From the NCBI GenBank assembly GCA_047614925.1, contig JBLHIE010000002.1, positions 314 to 64,313 on the forward strand: DNA of 64,000 bases, read 5' to 3'. A program made the position numbers and the translations under genes. The DNA comes from Arenicella sp. (GTDB lineage: Bacteria > Bacteroidota > Bacteroidia > Flavobacteriales > Flavobacteriaceae). How positions within the stretch are numbered: position 1 is the stretch's first letter; each line of letters begins with the position of its first letter. This document shows, piece after piece, positions 20,305-30,827 of the stretch. Below the pieces are notes generated by a model. It made no database searches and had not been told where the DNA came from. It worked only from the letters and a program-made list of their open reading frames with translations.

Positions 20305-21441
20305 TTGAAAAGCAAACTTCATATTTTATTTCTTTGCGGCTGGTATCCCTCTAGGGTATTGCCTTCAAATGGAGATTTTATTGAAAGACACGCACATGCT
20401 ATTTCTTTAAACCACAGGGTTACCGTAATTCATATCATTTCAGATGAAAATAGCACTCATAACCTTGAAATAATTTCCACAAAAAAAGAACAAATTACAT
20501 CACATATCGCTTATTTAAAAAAGACGAATAACCCAATAAAAAAGTGCTTTTTATTTATAAAGGCTTTTCTAAAGATATTGCAGAAAGTTAAAAACTTCGA
20601 CATTGTTCACTTACATGAAGTCTATCCTTTTGGTATTTTTAGTTTGTATTTAAAATGGTTTAAAAACAAACAATATATAATTTCCGAACATTTTACAGGA
20701 TATCACTTACCACAAGCAAAAAAACTAGCTTTTAATCGTCTAGTTATTTCTAAACTTATCACTAAAAACGCAACATTTGTTTGTCCTGTTTCTAATAATT
20801 TAAGAGACGCTATGCTGGCATTAAATCTGAATGCAAATTATTTTAGAGTCCCAAATGTGGTAAACACTAATTTATTTTTTCCTTCAGAAAATAACAACGC
20901 TGCGTTTACAATTACGCACATTTCTAATATGTTAAACCAGCATAAAAATGTGGAGGGATTTTTAAAAGTTGTAAAGAAACTAGAAAGTAAAATAGCTGAT
21001 TTTAAGGTACAGCTAATAGGCGAAAATGCCTTTAGATATAAAGAGTTTGCCAAGAAAATTAATCTCGATAGTACTAAAATTGAGTTTATAGATCAAATAC
21101 CTCACACAGAAATTGTAACGCACTTACAAAATAGTAGTTTATTTGTGCTTTTTAGTAATTATGAAAATTTACCTTGTGTTATTTTAGAGTCTTTTGCTTG
21201 TGGAACTCCTGTAATAGCCTCAAATGTTGGTGGAATTAGTGAGTTTTTTCCTAAAGAGTTTGGTTTTTTAGTTCCTCCAAAAGATGAAAACACTTTGCTC
21301 GATAAAATCTTAACAGTACACAAGGGTTTTAAAGTCAATAAGAAAGAAATGCACAAGTATGTAGTAGAAAATTTTTCTGAAAATAAAATTGCATCAGATT
21401 TCGAAAAATTATACTTTCAATCCTTAAAACCTAAATTCTGA
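20305..21441 (+). CDS. Glycosyltransferase family 4
   Basis: WYP...GDFI N-terminus, ENLPCVILESFACGTPVIASNVGG (EX7E); TTG start. Confidence 0.9.
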   Translation: MKSKLHILFLCGWYPSRVLPSNGDFIERHAHAISLNHRVTVIHIISDENSTHNLEIISTKKEQITSHIAYLKKTNNPIKKCFLFIKAFLKILQKVKNFDIVHLHEVYPFGIFSLYLKWFKNKQYIISEHFTGYHLPQAKKLAFNRLVISKLITKNATFVCPVSNNLRDAMLALNLNANYFRVPNVVNTNLFFPSENNNAAFTITHISNMLNQHKNVEGFLKVVKKLESKIADFKVQLIGENAFRYKEFAKKINLDSTKIEFIDQIPHTEIVTHLQNSSLFVLFSNYENLPCVILESFACGTPVIASNVGGISEFFPKEFGFLVPPKDENTLLDKILTVHKGFKVNKKEMHKYVVENFSENKIASDFEKLYFQSLKPKF

Positions 21442-22733
21442 AATTAATAGTCAACTACATACAAAGTTTCTTAAACCGATCTGGCAGTTATGTGTTTTTT
21501 GCAACCATAATCTCTAGATTAGTCTCTTTATTAGCTTCTTGGGTTGCTTTACAATTTATAGACAACTCTTCTTTAGGTGTTGTTTTATTCTCCTACAACC
21601 TTATTCTTTTTCTATTACCTATTAGCGGTTTAGGTTTGCCTCAAAGTCTTATTCGTTTTAGTGCTTTAAATCAAAATCAAGAAGATCGAAATAGTATTTT
21701 CCTATATGTTTTAAAATATGGCTTTTTAAGTTCTTTGGGGATGATTCTGCTTGTAATTATAAGTAGCTTCTTTGTTCCTTTTCAGTTTGAAAAAACACAG
21801 TTTTACGTAATTATTCTATCCTTTTTAATTCTACCAAGTTTTCTTTTTGAAGTGATCAAAGCACAACTAAGATTAAACCATGATAATAAGAATTTTGCGT
21901 ATTCAGAATTTTTATTTAGTATTATTTTTATAACATTAATAACAAGTTTAACCTTTTATTTAAAAGAAATTGGATATATAATTTCTCTGCTACTAGCGCC
22001 TATTTTAACTTCTTTATTTTTTGTTAAAAAATTAAAAATTAGAGCAAAACAGATTAAAAAACTACCAGAATTGAATTTCTCATTTTGGAAATACGGCTTC
22101 TTTGCAAGTCTTTCTAATGTGGTTACACAGCTACTTTTTGTTATTGATATTTTATTGATTGGGTATTTAACTAAAGATGCAGAAATGGTTACAAACTATA
22201 AATATATTTCTTTAATTCCTTTTAGTTTATTGTTTTTACCACGTGTTTTTATCAATACCGATTTTGTAACGTTCACAGAAAAAATAAAGGATGAAAAATA
22301 CATTATAAATTATATTAAAAGTTACATGTTGTTTTTTCTACTAATCAGTATTTTATTAATAATAGTTTCCTATTTCTTCGGAAGCTTTATTTTAAGATTA
22401 CTTGATACTGGATTTGCAGAGTACCATGCTACTTTTTTTATAATGATTGTAGGCGTTTGTGGGATTTTTATTTTTAGAGGTCTTTTTGGAAACCTATTAT
22501 CCTCTATTGGTAAAGCAGACGTAAATTATTACATAGCGCTAATCGCTTTATTTCTAAATCTCATTAGCAATTACTATTTGATACCAGAACTGGGAATAAA
22601 GGGCGCTGCCATTACCTCTGCAATTTTAATGTGGGTTACAGGGGTAACTTCTGCAATTTGCTTTAAAGTGCTTTATATTAAAGCTTTATTGAAAATTGAA
22701 CAAACTTCTTCCTCTGCACCAAAGCTTCTATAA
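21438..22733 (+). CDS. Oligosaccharide flippase (Wzx/MATE-like)
   Basis: About 12 TM segments, LIPELGIKGAAI motif. The frame is open back to CTG 21438, which overlaps the GT stop; the ORF-track start is GTG 21492. Confidence 0.85.
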   Translation: MKLIVNYIQSFLNRSGSYVFFATIISRLVSLLASWVALQFIDNSSLGVVLFSYNLILFLLPISGLGLPQSLIRFSALNQNQEDRNSIFLYVLKYGFLSSLGMILLVIISSFFVPFQFEKTQFYVIILSFLILPSFLFEVIKAQLRLNHDNKNFAYSEFLFSIIFITLITSLTFYLKEIGYIISLLLAPILTSLFFVKKLKIRAKQIKKLPELNFSFWKYGFFASLSNVVTQLLFVIDILLIGYLTKDAEMVTNYKYISLIPFSLLFLPRVFINTDFVTFTEKIKDEKYIINYIKSYMLFFLLISILLIIVSYFFGSFILRLLDTGFAEYHATFFIMIVGVCGIFIFRGLFGNLLSSIGKADVNYYIALIALFLNLISNYYLIPELGIKGAAITSAILMWVTGVTSAICFKVLYIKALLKIEQTSSSAPKLL

Positions 22734-23527
22734 AATTTACCAATATTTGAGATATTTCCTCCTTCAAAATCTAACCTTAAATTAGAGCTCTGATGTTTTT
22801 TAACTACGTTTGATATCAATAAACTAGCTGCTTGTAATTTTCTTCCTTCTAGGTTAAATGCAGCATATAGATAAATAAATCGATGCTCATCTTTTATAAA
22901 AAAACCACCGCCCAACAATTTTTCATCTTTAAAAACACCTAAAATAATTCCTTTTTCTTTTTGAAGAAATACTTTTGCTAAATTCTTTAATATAGTTATT
23001 GGTATATCGTACTTGTAGTTCTCACTTTGTATTTTAATAAGCTCTTCAATAGTACAACTTGCTACTTTTAAACCTACCTTCTCTCCTACTTTTACAGCAT
23101 GTTTTCTTCCTTTAGAAAAGCCTTTTTGTATTTCTAAATATTCTTTATTCAGTCTTAAAGTATAGTTTCTTCTACTTGCTTTTTTGGATAATAAAAAATT
23201 GTCAGTATTTAAAGTTAAAGAGATTTTTAAAAATTTACGTGGTATTTTTTTCAGCATCTCTTTCTCAAAATATTTAGAAATTATATCCTTAGAAAAAATT
23301 CCTAATTGCTGACAAAAAAAAGGTTGTATAACGTATTTTATAAAATATTTCTGTTTCCAAGGAATCGGCATTACTGCTTCATAATCATTCAAAACCAACA
23401 CATCCCAATTGTCTGCAACAATATCCAAATACCAAGAAAATGCATAAATTCTACTTTGTATGGAATTCTCTATGCAGTCATTATACTTTGCAACCTCTAA
23501 ATCTTTTCTTTTAACGTAGTTTATCAT
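22673..23527 (-). CDS. FemAB/GNAT-like protein (putative acyl/aminoacyl transfer to surface glycan)
   Basis: YAFSWYLD, QPFFCQQLG, LDFEGG...FYRSFGA (Fem-like C-terminal motif); ATG 23527 follows the upstream stop. Confidence 0.65.
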   Translation of the reverse strand: MINYVKRKDLEVAKYNDCIENSIQSRIYAFSWYLDIVADNWDVLVLNDYEAVMPIPWKQKYFIKYVIQPFFCQQLGIFSKDIISKYFEKEMLKKIPRKFLKISLTLNTDNFLLSKKASRRNYTLRLNKEYLEIQKGFSKGRKHAVKVGEKVGLKVASCTIEELIKIQSENYKYDIPITILKNLAKVFLQKEKGIILGVFKDEKLLGGGFFIKDEHRFIYLYAAFNLEGRKLQAASLLISNVVKKHQSSNLRLDFEGGNISNIGKFYRSFGAEEEVCSIFNKALI

Positions 23528-23528
23528 C

Positions 23529-24833
23529 CTAAGAAATTGCAATTTTTATCATAGATTCATACAATCGTCTCCACCCTCTCCAGCGCAGATGATTACTTAA
23601 ACTCTCGTTATGAAACAAGGTAATAAACGTACCATTTACAGCTTTTACTTCGTTTTTTAAATCTCTAATTTTACCTAAAGACTGTTTTGGAGTCAATTTC
23701 ATATAATCATTTAAAGTAGTATCCATTAAGGCAAAAGGAAATACTTTTAAAGGAGTTTGAATTTCAAAATCCAAATCATAAAAATAAAAAGGCGTACAGG
23801 TGCCTGCTCTAAAACCAACCCTACTTGCATATCCCATAGAATGGTCTTCTTCTATCTCTAAATCTATTAATTGTTGATAGGTCTCTGCCAAATTAAAACG
23901 CAAATAGTGTTGTCTAGATCTAATTACCGGATTGTTTGTAATATTTTCTAAACGTTCTTTTTCTTTCTTTAACAATGCAGCATCTTTCATCGTAAAATAG
24001 GATGGATGTAATCCTACAACTGCATAATCTACCAAATCTTTAATAAGCAATCTATATTTGTTTTTAGAAGCAGACACATTGGTGTCAAAAGTGGTATAAT
24101 CTCCGATAGATGCGAAGAAAATAGTTTTAATATTTTTCGTTTTTATAATCTTTAAAATTTGTTGAAAATTATCAAAAGGGTCTTTTGTTATATTTAAAAG
24201 TACCGTAAACCGATACCAAACATCTAACAGTCTTAGTTTAAATAAATCGGTTACAAAACCGCCAAATGTTCTTAGAAAACTCTTATACTTATATGCAAAA
24301 GCATTGTCTATGTCTATTGTGGAAATATATTCGTAAGCTCTATCTTGATACTTATAATCTGGAAATTTTTCTTTTATTTTTGCTAGTAATTTATAGGCCC
24401 AAATATCTACTACCGGTTTTTCTAAAAAACCATGATTATAAGCTAGGCTTTCTGGTGCTGTATATCTCCCGTGTATGTCTTTTACGTGGGGTAAATATTC
24501 TTCATATCTAGAAATTAAATAGAAGCTTGCTGCAAAAATATCAAAAGGAATAGCAGATTTACTTCCGGTTGCAAAAAAGCAAGGAATATCGTCCCATTTC
24601 TGCACGTTAATTTCTAAATCATTTACACCTTGTTCGAATAACAAAGAATTGCTTTTTATAAAAAACTCATTACCTAAAGGTACTTTAGTGTAGCTTAATT
24701 TCGGGCCATTGTGCGCCACAAACTCTTCTACTTTTACAGTAAAATCTACGGGAATTAAAAGCGTTCTCGTAAAGATATGTTTAAATATATACCGAATTCT
24801 TGGAGTAATTTTATGTGTATAAATTAATATCAT
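23529..24833 (-). CDS. Polysaccharide deacetylase family protein (DUF7033-type N-terminus)
   Basis: FDIFAASFYLISRYEEY, TIDID, GLHPSY, RQHYLR, GFRAGTC, LFHN. Confidence 0.85.
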   Translation of the reverse strand: MILIYTHKITPRIRYIFKHIFTRTLLIPVDFTVKVEEFVAHNGPKLSYTKVPLGNEFFIKSNSLLFEQGVNDLEINVQKWDDIPCFFATGSKSAIPFDIFAASFYLISRYEEYLPHVKDIHGRYTAPESLAYNHGFLEKPVVDIWAYKLLAKIKEKFPDYKYQDRAYEYISTIDIDNAFAYKYKSFLRTFGGFVTDLFKLRLLDVWYRFTVLLNITKDPFDNFQQILKIIKTKNIKTIFFASIGDYTTFDTNVSASKNKYRLLIKDLVDYAVVGLHPSYFTMKDAALLKKEKERLENITNNPVIRSRQHYLRFNLAETYQQLIDLEIEEDHSMGYASRVGFRAGTCTPFYFYDLDFEIQTPLKVFPFALMDTTLNDYMKLTPKQSLGKIRDLKNEVKAVNGTFITLFHNESLSNHLRWRGWRRLYESMIKIAIS

Positions 24834-24921
24834 TCTTTGTATCGATAGCCATTATTAGTGTTTAGAACTAGCTAACCGTTCTTAGTGTTTATTTACTATT
24901 TTATGAGGTACGTAACAATTT

Positions 24922-25608
24922 CTAGAGAAACCCTTCATCTGCAAAGCTAAAATAGGCATTTTCAGTAATAATTAAATGGTCTAAAAGTTTAATATCTAAA
25001 GTAATTCCTGCTTCTTTAATTCTTTGCGTTAAATTCTTATCAGCATTACTTGGTTGCAATTTCCCTGAAGGATGATTGTGACAAACAATAATACCAACTG
25101 AAGTCAATTCTAAAGCTCTCTTAAAAACCAATCTTATATCTACAATCGTGGCCGTTAAACCCCCTTTACTTATTTGAGACTTTGCAACTACTTTATTAGA
25201 GTTATTTAGAAACAATACCCAAAACTCTTCATGTTCTAAATCTCCTAGAATAGGTTGCATTAAATTTGCAACGTCTTTGCTACTTGTTATTTTAGGTTTT
25301 TCTAAAGCTACTTCTAATTGTCTTCGTTTTCCAAGTTCTAACCCCGTAATTATACTTATTGCTTTTGCTTCTCCAATGCCTTTAAATGTACTTAATTTTT
25401 CTACAGATAGTTTTGCGAGCTCGTTAATGTTTCCATTTACAGATTTTAAAATTCGTTTAGACAAACCTACTGCACTCTCCTCTCTATTTCCAGAACCTAT
25501 TAAAATAGCAATTAACTCTGCGTCAGACAATGTCTTTTTCCCTTTAGCAATTAGTTTTTCTCTAGGCCTGTCATCTAAAGCCCAAAATTTTATTGTTAAT
25601 TTTTCCAT
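24922..25608 (-). CDS. radC: RadC/JAB domain protein
   Basis: DRPREKL, LSDAELIAIL, GIGEAKA, HNHPSG, LLDHLI. Confidence 0.95.
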   Translation of the reverse strand: MEKLTIKFWALDDRPREKLIAKGKKTLSDAELIAILIGSGNREESAVGLSKRILKSVNGNINELAKLSVEKLSTFKGIGEAKAISIITGLELGKRRQLEVALEKPKITSSKDVANLMQPILGDLEHEEFWVLFLNNSNKVVAKSQISKGGLTATIVDIRLVFKRALELTSVGIIVCHNHPSGKLQPSNADKNLTQRIKEAGITLDIKLLDHLIITENAYFSFADEGFL

Positions 25609-25745
25609 GCATTTTTTTTATAAATGTACAAAATACGAATTAAGGTTTCTGACAATCCTTAACCACATCAAAAGAAAAATCAATTTTTAAAAAACAGTTT
25701 GCAGACTTTTGTATCTTTGCCGCTTATATTCTATCTATTTAAAAT

Positions 25746-27092
25746 ATGAAGATTATTATAGCAGGTGCTGGAGATGTTGGTTTTCATTTAGCGAAACTAC
25801 TTTCTTACGAATCTCAAGACACTTATATTATCGACTTTGACGGTGATAAACTAGACTATTTAAACAGTCATTTAGATGTTATTACTAAAAAAGGAGATGC
25901 AACTTCCATTAAACTTTTAAAAGAAATTGGCATCGATTCTGCAGATTTGTTAATTGCCGTTACAGAAAGTCAGAATACAAATTTTACAATTTCTGTAATT
26001 GGTAAATCTTTAGGTGCTAAAAAAACAATTGCTAGAATAGACAACCCAGAGTTTTTAAATGATTGCGAGGTAGATTTTAAACAATTTGGTTTAGATTTTA
26101 TGATATCGCCGCAAGAGTTGGCAGCCAATGAAATAAAAATGTTACTAAATCAATCTTCATTTAATGACACCGTAGAGTTTGAAAGAGGTCTTTTTAATGT
26201 CATGGGAACCTCTTTAACTTATAAGTCTCCGTTGGTTGATTTAACCGTAAAGGAAGCAAAACAGAAATTTAAAAACATCGACTTTATTACAATTGCAATA
26301 AAAAGAGCCAATGTTTCTCAAACTATTATACCTCGAGGAGACACTACTTATCAGGTAAATGACCAGGTTTATTTCTCTGTACCCAGTTACAATATGAAAG
26401 ACTTGTACCCAATAATTGGAAAGAAAAAATTTGATATTAAAAATGTAATTATCTTAGGTGGAAGTAGTATTGGAGAGAAAACAGCGAGAAATTTATGCCA
26501 AGAAGGATTTAATATTAAATTAATAGAAAAGGATAAAGAAAAAGCAGAAAGCCTTGCTGAAGAACTAGACAATGTTTTGGTAATTAATGGTGATGGTACA
26601 GACTTAGAATTATTAGAGGAAGAAAATATTAGAGAAACAGATGCATTTATTGCAGTAACAGCTAACTCTGAAACAAATATTATGTCTTGTCTCGTTGCAA
26701 AATCTAAAGGTGTTAAAAAGACAATAGCTCTGGTTGAAAACATGGATTATATCGAAATCTCTCAAACAATTGGTATTGAATCTTTGATCAATAAAAAACT
26801 AATTGCCGCAAGTAATATTTTAAGACATATTCGAAAAGGTGAGATTTTAGCGCTGGCGAACTTGCACAATATAGACGCGGAAGTTTTCGAATTTGAAGTA
26901 CAACCCAATGCGAAAGTTACAGAAAAACCTATTAAGGATTTAAACTTTCCAAGAGAAGCCGTATTTGGCGGAATTATTAGAAACGGAAAGCCTTATATGT
27001 CTTTTGGTGAAATGCAAATACAAAGTGGAGACAAAGTAATTGTGTTTTGTTTGCCAGAAGCCATCAACACTGTAGAAAGTCTTTTTAGATAA
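25746..27092 (+). CDS. trkA: Trk potassium uptake NAD-binding subunit
   Basis: Two RCK domains: IAGAGDVG and ILGGSSIG. Confidence 0.95.
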   Translation: MKIIIAGAGDVGFHLAKLLSYESQDTYIIDFDGDKLDYLNSHLDVITKKGDATSIKLLKEIGIDSADLLIAVTESQNTNFTISVIGKSLGAKKTIARIDNPEFLNDCEVDFKQFGLDFMISPQELAANEIKMLLNQSSFNDTVEFERGLFNVMGTSLTYKSPLVDLTVKEAKQKFKNIDFITIAIKRANVSQTIIPRGDTTYQVNDQVYFSVPSYNMKDLYPIIGKKKFDIKNVIILGGSSIGEKTARNLCQEGFNIKLIEKDKEKAESLAEELDNVLVINGDGTDLELLEEENIRETDAFIAVTANSETNIMSCLVAKSKGVKKTIALVENMDYIEISQTIGIESLINKKLIAASNILRHIRKGEILALANLHNIDAEVFEFEVQPNAKVTEKPIKDLNFPREAVFGGIIRNGKPYMSFGEMQIQSGDKVIVFCLPEAINTVESLFR

Positions 27093-28592
27093 ATGGGAAC
27101 TTTAAATACAAAAATAATTTATCGCTTTTTAGGAGTTACCGCCATGTTAAATGGACTGTTTATGTTTTTAACGGTCCCTTTTAGCCTGTACCATAATGAG
27201 CCAGAAAAATGGGGAATTCTAAATGCAGGAATTATTACCGTTGTTATAGGTATTGTGCTTTACTTTTTAAACAAGCCTACTAATAAAAATATTCAGAAAA
27301 AAGAAGGGTACTTAATTGTAACCCTTGGCTGGCTTACCCTGTCTTTTACAGGAATGTTACCTTACCTGCTTTCTGGTGCAATTCCAAACATTTCAGATGC
27401 TTTTTTTGAAACTATTTCTGGCTATTCTACAACAGGTTCCTCTATTTTAACAGATATTGAGAACATGCCAAAAGGAATTCTTTTTTGGCGAAGTGCAACG
27501 CATTGGATTGGCGGAATGGGAATTATTGTTTTAACCATTGCTATTTTACCTCTTTTAGGAATTGGAGGAATGCAACTTTTTATGGCAGAAGCACCAGGAC
27601 CCTCTGCAGACAAGTTACACCCTAGAATTACAGACACTGCAAAAAGGTTGTATTTAATCTACGTAATCTTAACTTTGGTGGAATTTTTCTTATTAAAATT
27701 TGCCGGTATGACTTGGTTTGACGCCATAAATCATGCAATGGCAACGATGAGCACCGGTGGTTTTTCTACAAAATCGGATAGTATTGCCTTTTATAATGGT
27801 CAACCATTAATACAGTACATTATTATCTTTTTTATGTTTGTTGCAGGTACAAACTTTGTCCTTACCTATTTTGCATTAAAAGGAAAGGTTCAAAAGGTTT
27901 TTAAAAGTGAAGAATTTAAATACTACTTATTCGGAATTTTAGCTGTTTCCGCAATTATTGCAATAATTATTCTCTTTTTTCAAGACCCTAATTTAGAAAC
28001 GGTTTTGGCACATCCAAAAGTATTAGGAGAAACGGAAAGTGCTATAAGACATGCACTATTTATGGTTACCTCTCTGGTAACTACTACTGGCTTTGTAACT
28101 GCAGATTTTACCATGTGGAATTTCTTTGCCACAGGTATTTTCTTTGCCTTATTTTTTACAGGTGGTTCTGCAGGCTCAACAAGTGGTGGTGTAAAAGTAG
28201 TTAGACACATCATAATGCTAAAGAATAGTTTTTTAGAATTTAAGAAAGCACTGCATCCAAATGCTATTATTCCTGTAAGACTAGACGGCAAAACAGTAAA
28301 CCAAACGATTGTTTTTAACATCTTATCTTTCTTTATTATCTATATGCTAATTTTTATTATTTCTTCGGTAATACTTACTTTGTTTGGTCTCGATTTCATG
28401 TCTGCTTTGGGCGCAGCAGCCTCCTCTTTGGGTAATATTGGGCCTGCCATTGGCTCTGTAAGTCCGGTAGATAATTTTGCCCATTTATCAAACGCTGCAA
28501 AATGGTTTTGCTCTTTCTTAATGCTCATAGGAAGACTAGAATTATTCACTGTTTTAATCCTGTTTAGTCCGTTATTTTGGCGTAAAAACTAG
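27093..28592 (+). CDS. trkH: Trk potassium uptake membrane subunit
   Basis: FETISGYSTTG, STGGFS, TTTG, GSTSGGVK, GNIGP, GRLE. Confidence 0.95.
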   Translation: MGTLNTKIIYRFLGVTAMLNGLFMFLTVPFSLYHNEPEKWGILNAGIITVVIGIVLYFLNKPTNKNIQKKEGYLIVTLGWLTLSFTGMLPYLLSGAIPNISDAFFETISGYSTTGSSILTDIENMPKGILFWRSATHWIGGMGIIVLTIAILPLLGIGGMQLFMAEAPGPSADKLHPRITDTAKRLYLIYVILTLVEFFLLKFAGMTWFDAINHAMATMSTGGFSTKSDSIAFYNGQPLIQYIIIFFMFVAGTNFVLTYFALKGKVQKVFKSEEFKYYLFGILAVSAIIAIIILFFQDPNLETVLAHPKVLGETESAIRHALFMVTSLVTTTGFVTADFTMWNFFATGIFFALFFTGGSAGSTSGGVKVVRHIIMLKNSFLEFKKALHPNAIIPVRLDGKTVNQTIVFNILSFFIIYMLIFIISSVILTLFGLDFMSALGAAASSLGNIGPAIGSVSPVDNFAHLSNAAKWFCSFLMLIGRLELFTVLILFSPLFWRKN

Positions 28593-28649
28593 TAAATACT
28601 TTTTATTCCGTTTTTTTTTAATATATTTATTTCGCTATAAAAAATAAAT

Positions 28650-30770
28650 ATGAAAAAGAAAAGCCTTATTAAAGGTTTAATATTACTTGCTGTAATATTA
28701 AATCTAACCACCTCTTTTGGTCAAAGTGTAGTAATTAATGAGATAGTCACTGATCCTCAACAAGACTGGAGTACTAACGATTTTAATGGTATTTTAGGTA
28801 CTGGCTCAATTAACCAGGGAACTGATGAATTTATTGAATTATATATTAAAACTGCAGGGCTTGACCTAACTAACTGGACAATAGAATTACTTGACGGAAC
28901 AAATGTTATTGGTGACCTAACAAGCACTGGAGCTTTTGATTATTCTAATTATATTACTTCTGGAACTGGTACTTTTAATAATACAGAAATTGGGGATTTT
29001 TTAGTTTTAGGAGATGTTGATGGAACTGGTAAAATGAATAACAGTATTACAATAAACCTAAAAGATTCTAATGGTTTATTTATAGATTCTGTCGCTCTTG
29101 GAGGCGGAGGTGGCGAAGCTCCCAGTGGAAATGCAGGTACGATTGGTGATGAATCAGTGCAAAGAATTCCTAATGGTACAGATACTGATACACATAATTC
29201 CGATTTTTCAAAAGGAGTCACAAGCTTAGGTGCTTTAAATCCAACTCAAGTTTCTTGGGATGGTAGCTCTAGTACTGACTGGTCAAATGCTCTTAACTGG
29301 GCAGCTGGATCAGTACCTATTTCAAGTGATAATGTATATATCCCTTCTGGCTTAACAAACTATCCTACAGTTACTTCAGTAGTTACTGTAAATTATTTAA
29401 CAATAGCATCTGGGGCAACATTAAAAGCTACAAATACGTTTACAGCTAATGTTACTTATAACAGAACTCTTACAAATGGTAGTCAATGGTATTATATGTC
29501 ATCACCTGTAGTTGGTGAAACTTATAATGATGCTTGGGCTACTGCTAATTCAGTAACATCTGGGCAACACAATAACAAAGGACTAAGTTGGTATGATAAC
29601 ACATCTTATGATACAGACACTGGAGCTGGAGATACAGAAACAGGTTATTGGAGATATTTACAATCTGATGATAGTAATAATGGTTTATTTAACGTTGGTC
29701 AAGGTTATGGTATCCTCACATCAATTTCTTCAACTATTTCATTTATTGGTACTGGAATAAACACTTCTAGCCAAACTAGAGCAATAACAACAAATGTTAG
29801 TAATTTTAACATGGTTGGAAATCCATTTACATCATTTTTAAACTTAGGAGATTTCTATGTCGACAATCCTAAAACAACAGTTTTAGTAGAAACTGAAGCT
29901 TATTTTTGGAATGGTAGTTCTTATGATACAAAAACATCTGGTTTACATTCAACTTATGAAATTGCACCAGGTCAAGGTTTTTTCATTGAAGCTGCTGTTG
30001 ATACAAATTTAACCTTTGATATTAGTGACACAAATCATCTTGCAGACACAGCTGAAGGTGCTGATACATTTCAAAAATCGTCAAGACCAGAAATACACCT
30101 TTTGCTTTCTGATGGAGTTACAAGTAGCTACTCAAATTTTTATTATATAGATGGAACTAAGACTGGTTTTGATAGTGGTTATGATGGTAAGTTGTTTGGA
30201 GGTGTTACCCAATCTTTTGCTTTATATAGTCATTTGGTTTCAGGCAATGAAGGAAAACGTTTTCAATTACAGTCTCTACCAAAAGATAACTATGAAAACA
30301 TGATTATTCCTATTGGAATAAATGCAGCTAGTGATAAGGAAATTACTTTTACAACTGTGGCTTTAAACCTACCGATAGCTATTAAAGTGTTCTTAGAAGA
30401 TCGCTTTACAAATACCTTTACGCGTTTAGATGAGACGAATAGCGAGTATAAAGTAACGTTAACTGAAGCCTTAAATGGAGTTGGACGTTTTTACCTACAT
30501 ACAGCTAGAAACGTTTTGTCTACTGAAAATGTTCTTTTAAATAGCGTACATATTTATAAAACAGGTGCAGCTACTTTAAAAATAACAGGGTTACTACAAG
30601 GTAAAACATACTTTTATTTATATAATACCCTTGGAAAAGGAATGATGACAGCTTTATTTGAATCTAATGGAAATAAAGAAATTTCTCTTTCAAAGTTAGC
30701 TTCAGGAATTTATTTTGTAAAAATACAAACTAAAAAAGGAGTAATTACCAAAAAAATAATTTTAGAATAA
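28650..30770 (+). CDS. T9SS type A sorting domain protein with N-terminal lamin-tail-like domain
   Basis: Signal peptide; VVINEI...DEFIELY (LTD-like); VGNPF, IAPGQGFFI; C-terminal LYNTLGK...LASGIYFVKI...TKKIILE. Confidence 0.85.
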   Translation: MKKKSLIKGLILLAVILNLTTSFGQSVVINEIVTDPQQDWSTNDFNGILGTGSINQGTDEFIELYIKTAGLDLTNWTIELLDGTNVIGDLTSTGAFDYSNYITSGTGTFNNTEIGDFLVLGDVDGTGKMNNSITINLKDSNGLFIDSVALGGGGGEAPSGNAGTIGDESVQRIPNGTDTDTHNSDFSKGVTSLGALNPTQVSWDGSSSTDWSNALNWAAGSVPISSDNVYIPSGLTNYPTVTSVVTVNYLTIASGATLKATNTFTANVTYNRTLTNGSQWYYMSSPVVGETYNDAWATANSVTSGQHNNKGLSWYDNTSYDTDTGAGDTETGYWRYLQSDDSNNGLFNVGQGYGILTSISSTISFIGTGINTSSQTRAITTNVSNFNMVGNPFTSFLNLGDFYVDNPKTTVLVETEAYFWNGSSYDTKTSGLHSTYEIAPGQGFFIEAAVDTNLTFDISDTNHLADTAEGADTFQKSSRPEIHLLLSDGVTSSYSNFYYIDGTKTGFDSGYDGKLFGGVTQSFALYSHLVSGNEGKRFQLQSLPKDNYENMIIPIGINAASDKEITFTTVALNLPIAIKVFLEDRFTNTFTRLDETNSEYKVTLTEALNGVGRFYLHTARNVLSTENVLLNSVHIYKTGAATLKITGLLQGKTYFYLYNTLGKGMMTALFESNGNKEISLSKLASGIYFVKIQTKKGVITKKIILE

Positions 30771-30827
30771 GTAAAGAGGTTTTGGTTAACAAAACAGTAT
30801 CTAAGTATTTAAAAAAAATAAAAAACG

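Noticed and set aside
24922-25608. radC as a marker of a mobile element or anti-defence gene
   Set aside because: It is the full-length chromosomal type with an N-terminal HhH region, in a housekeeping context.
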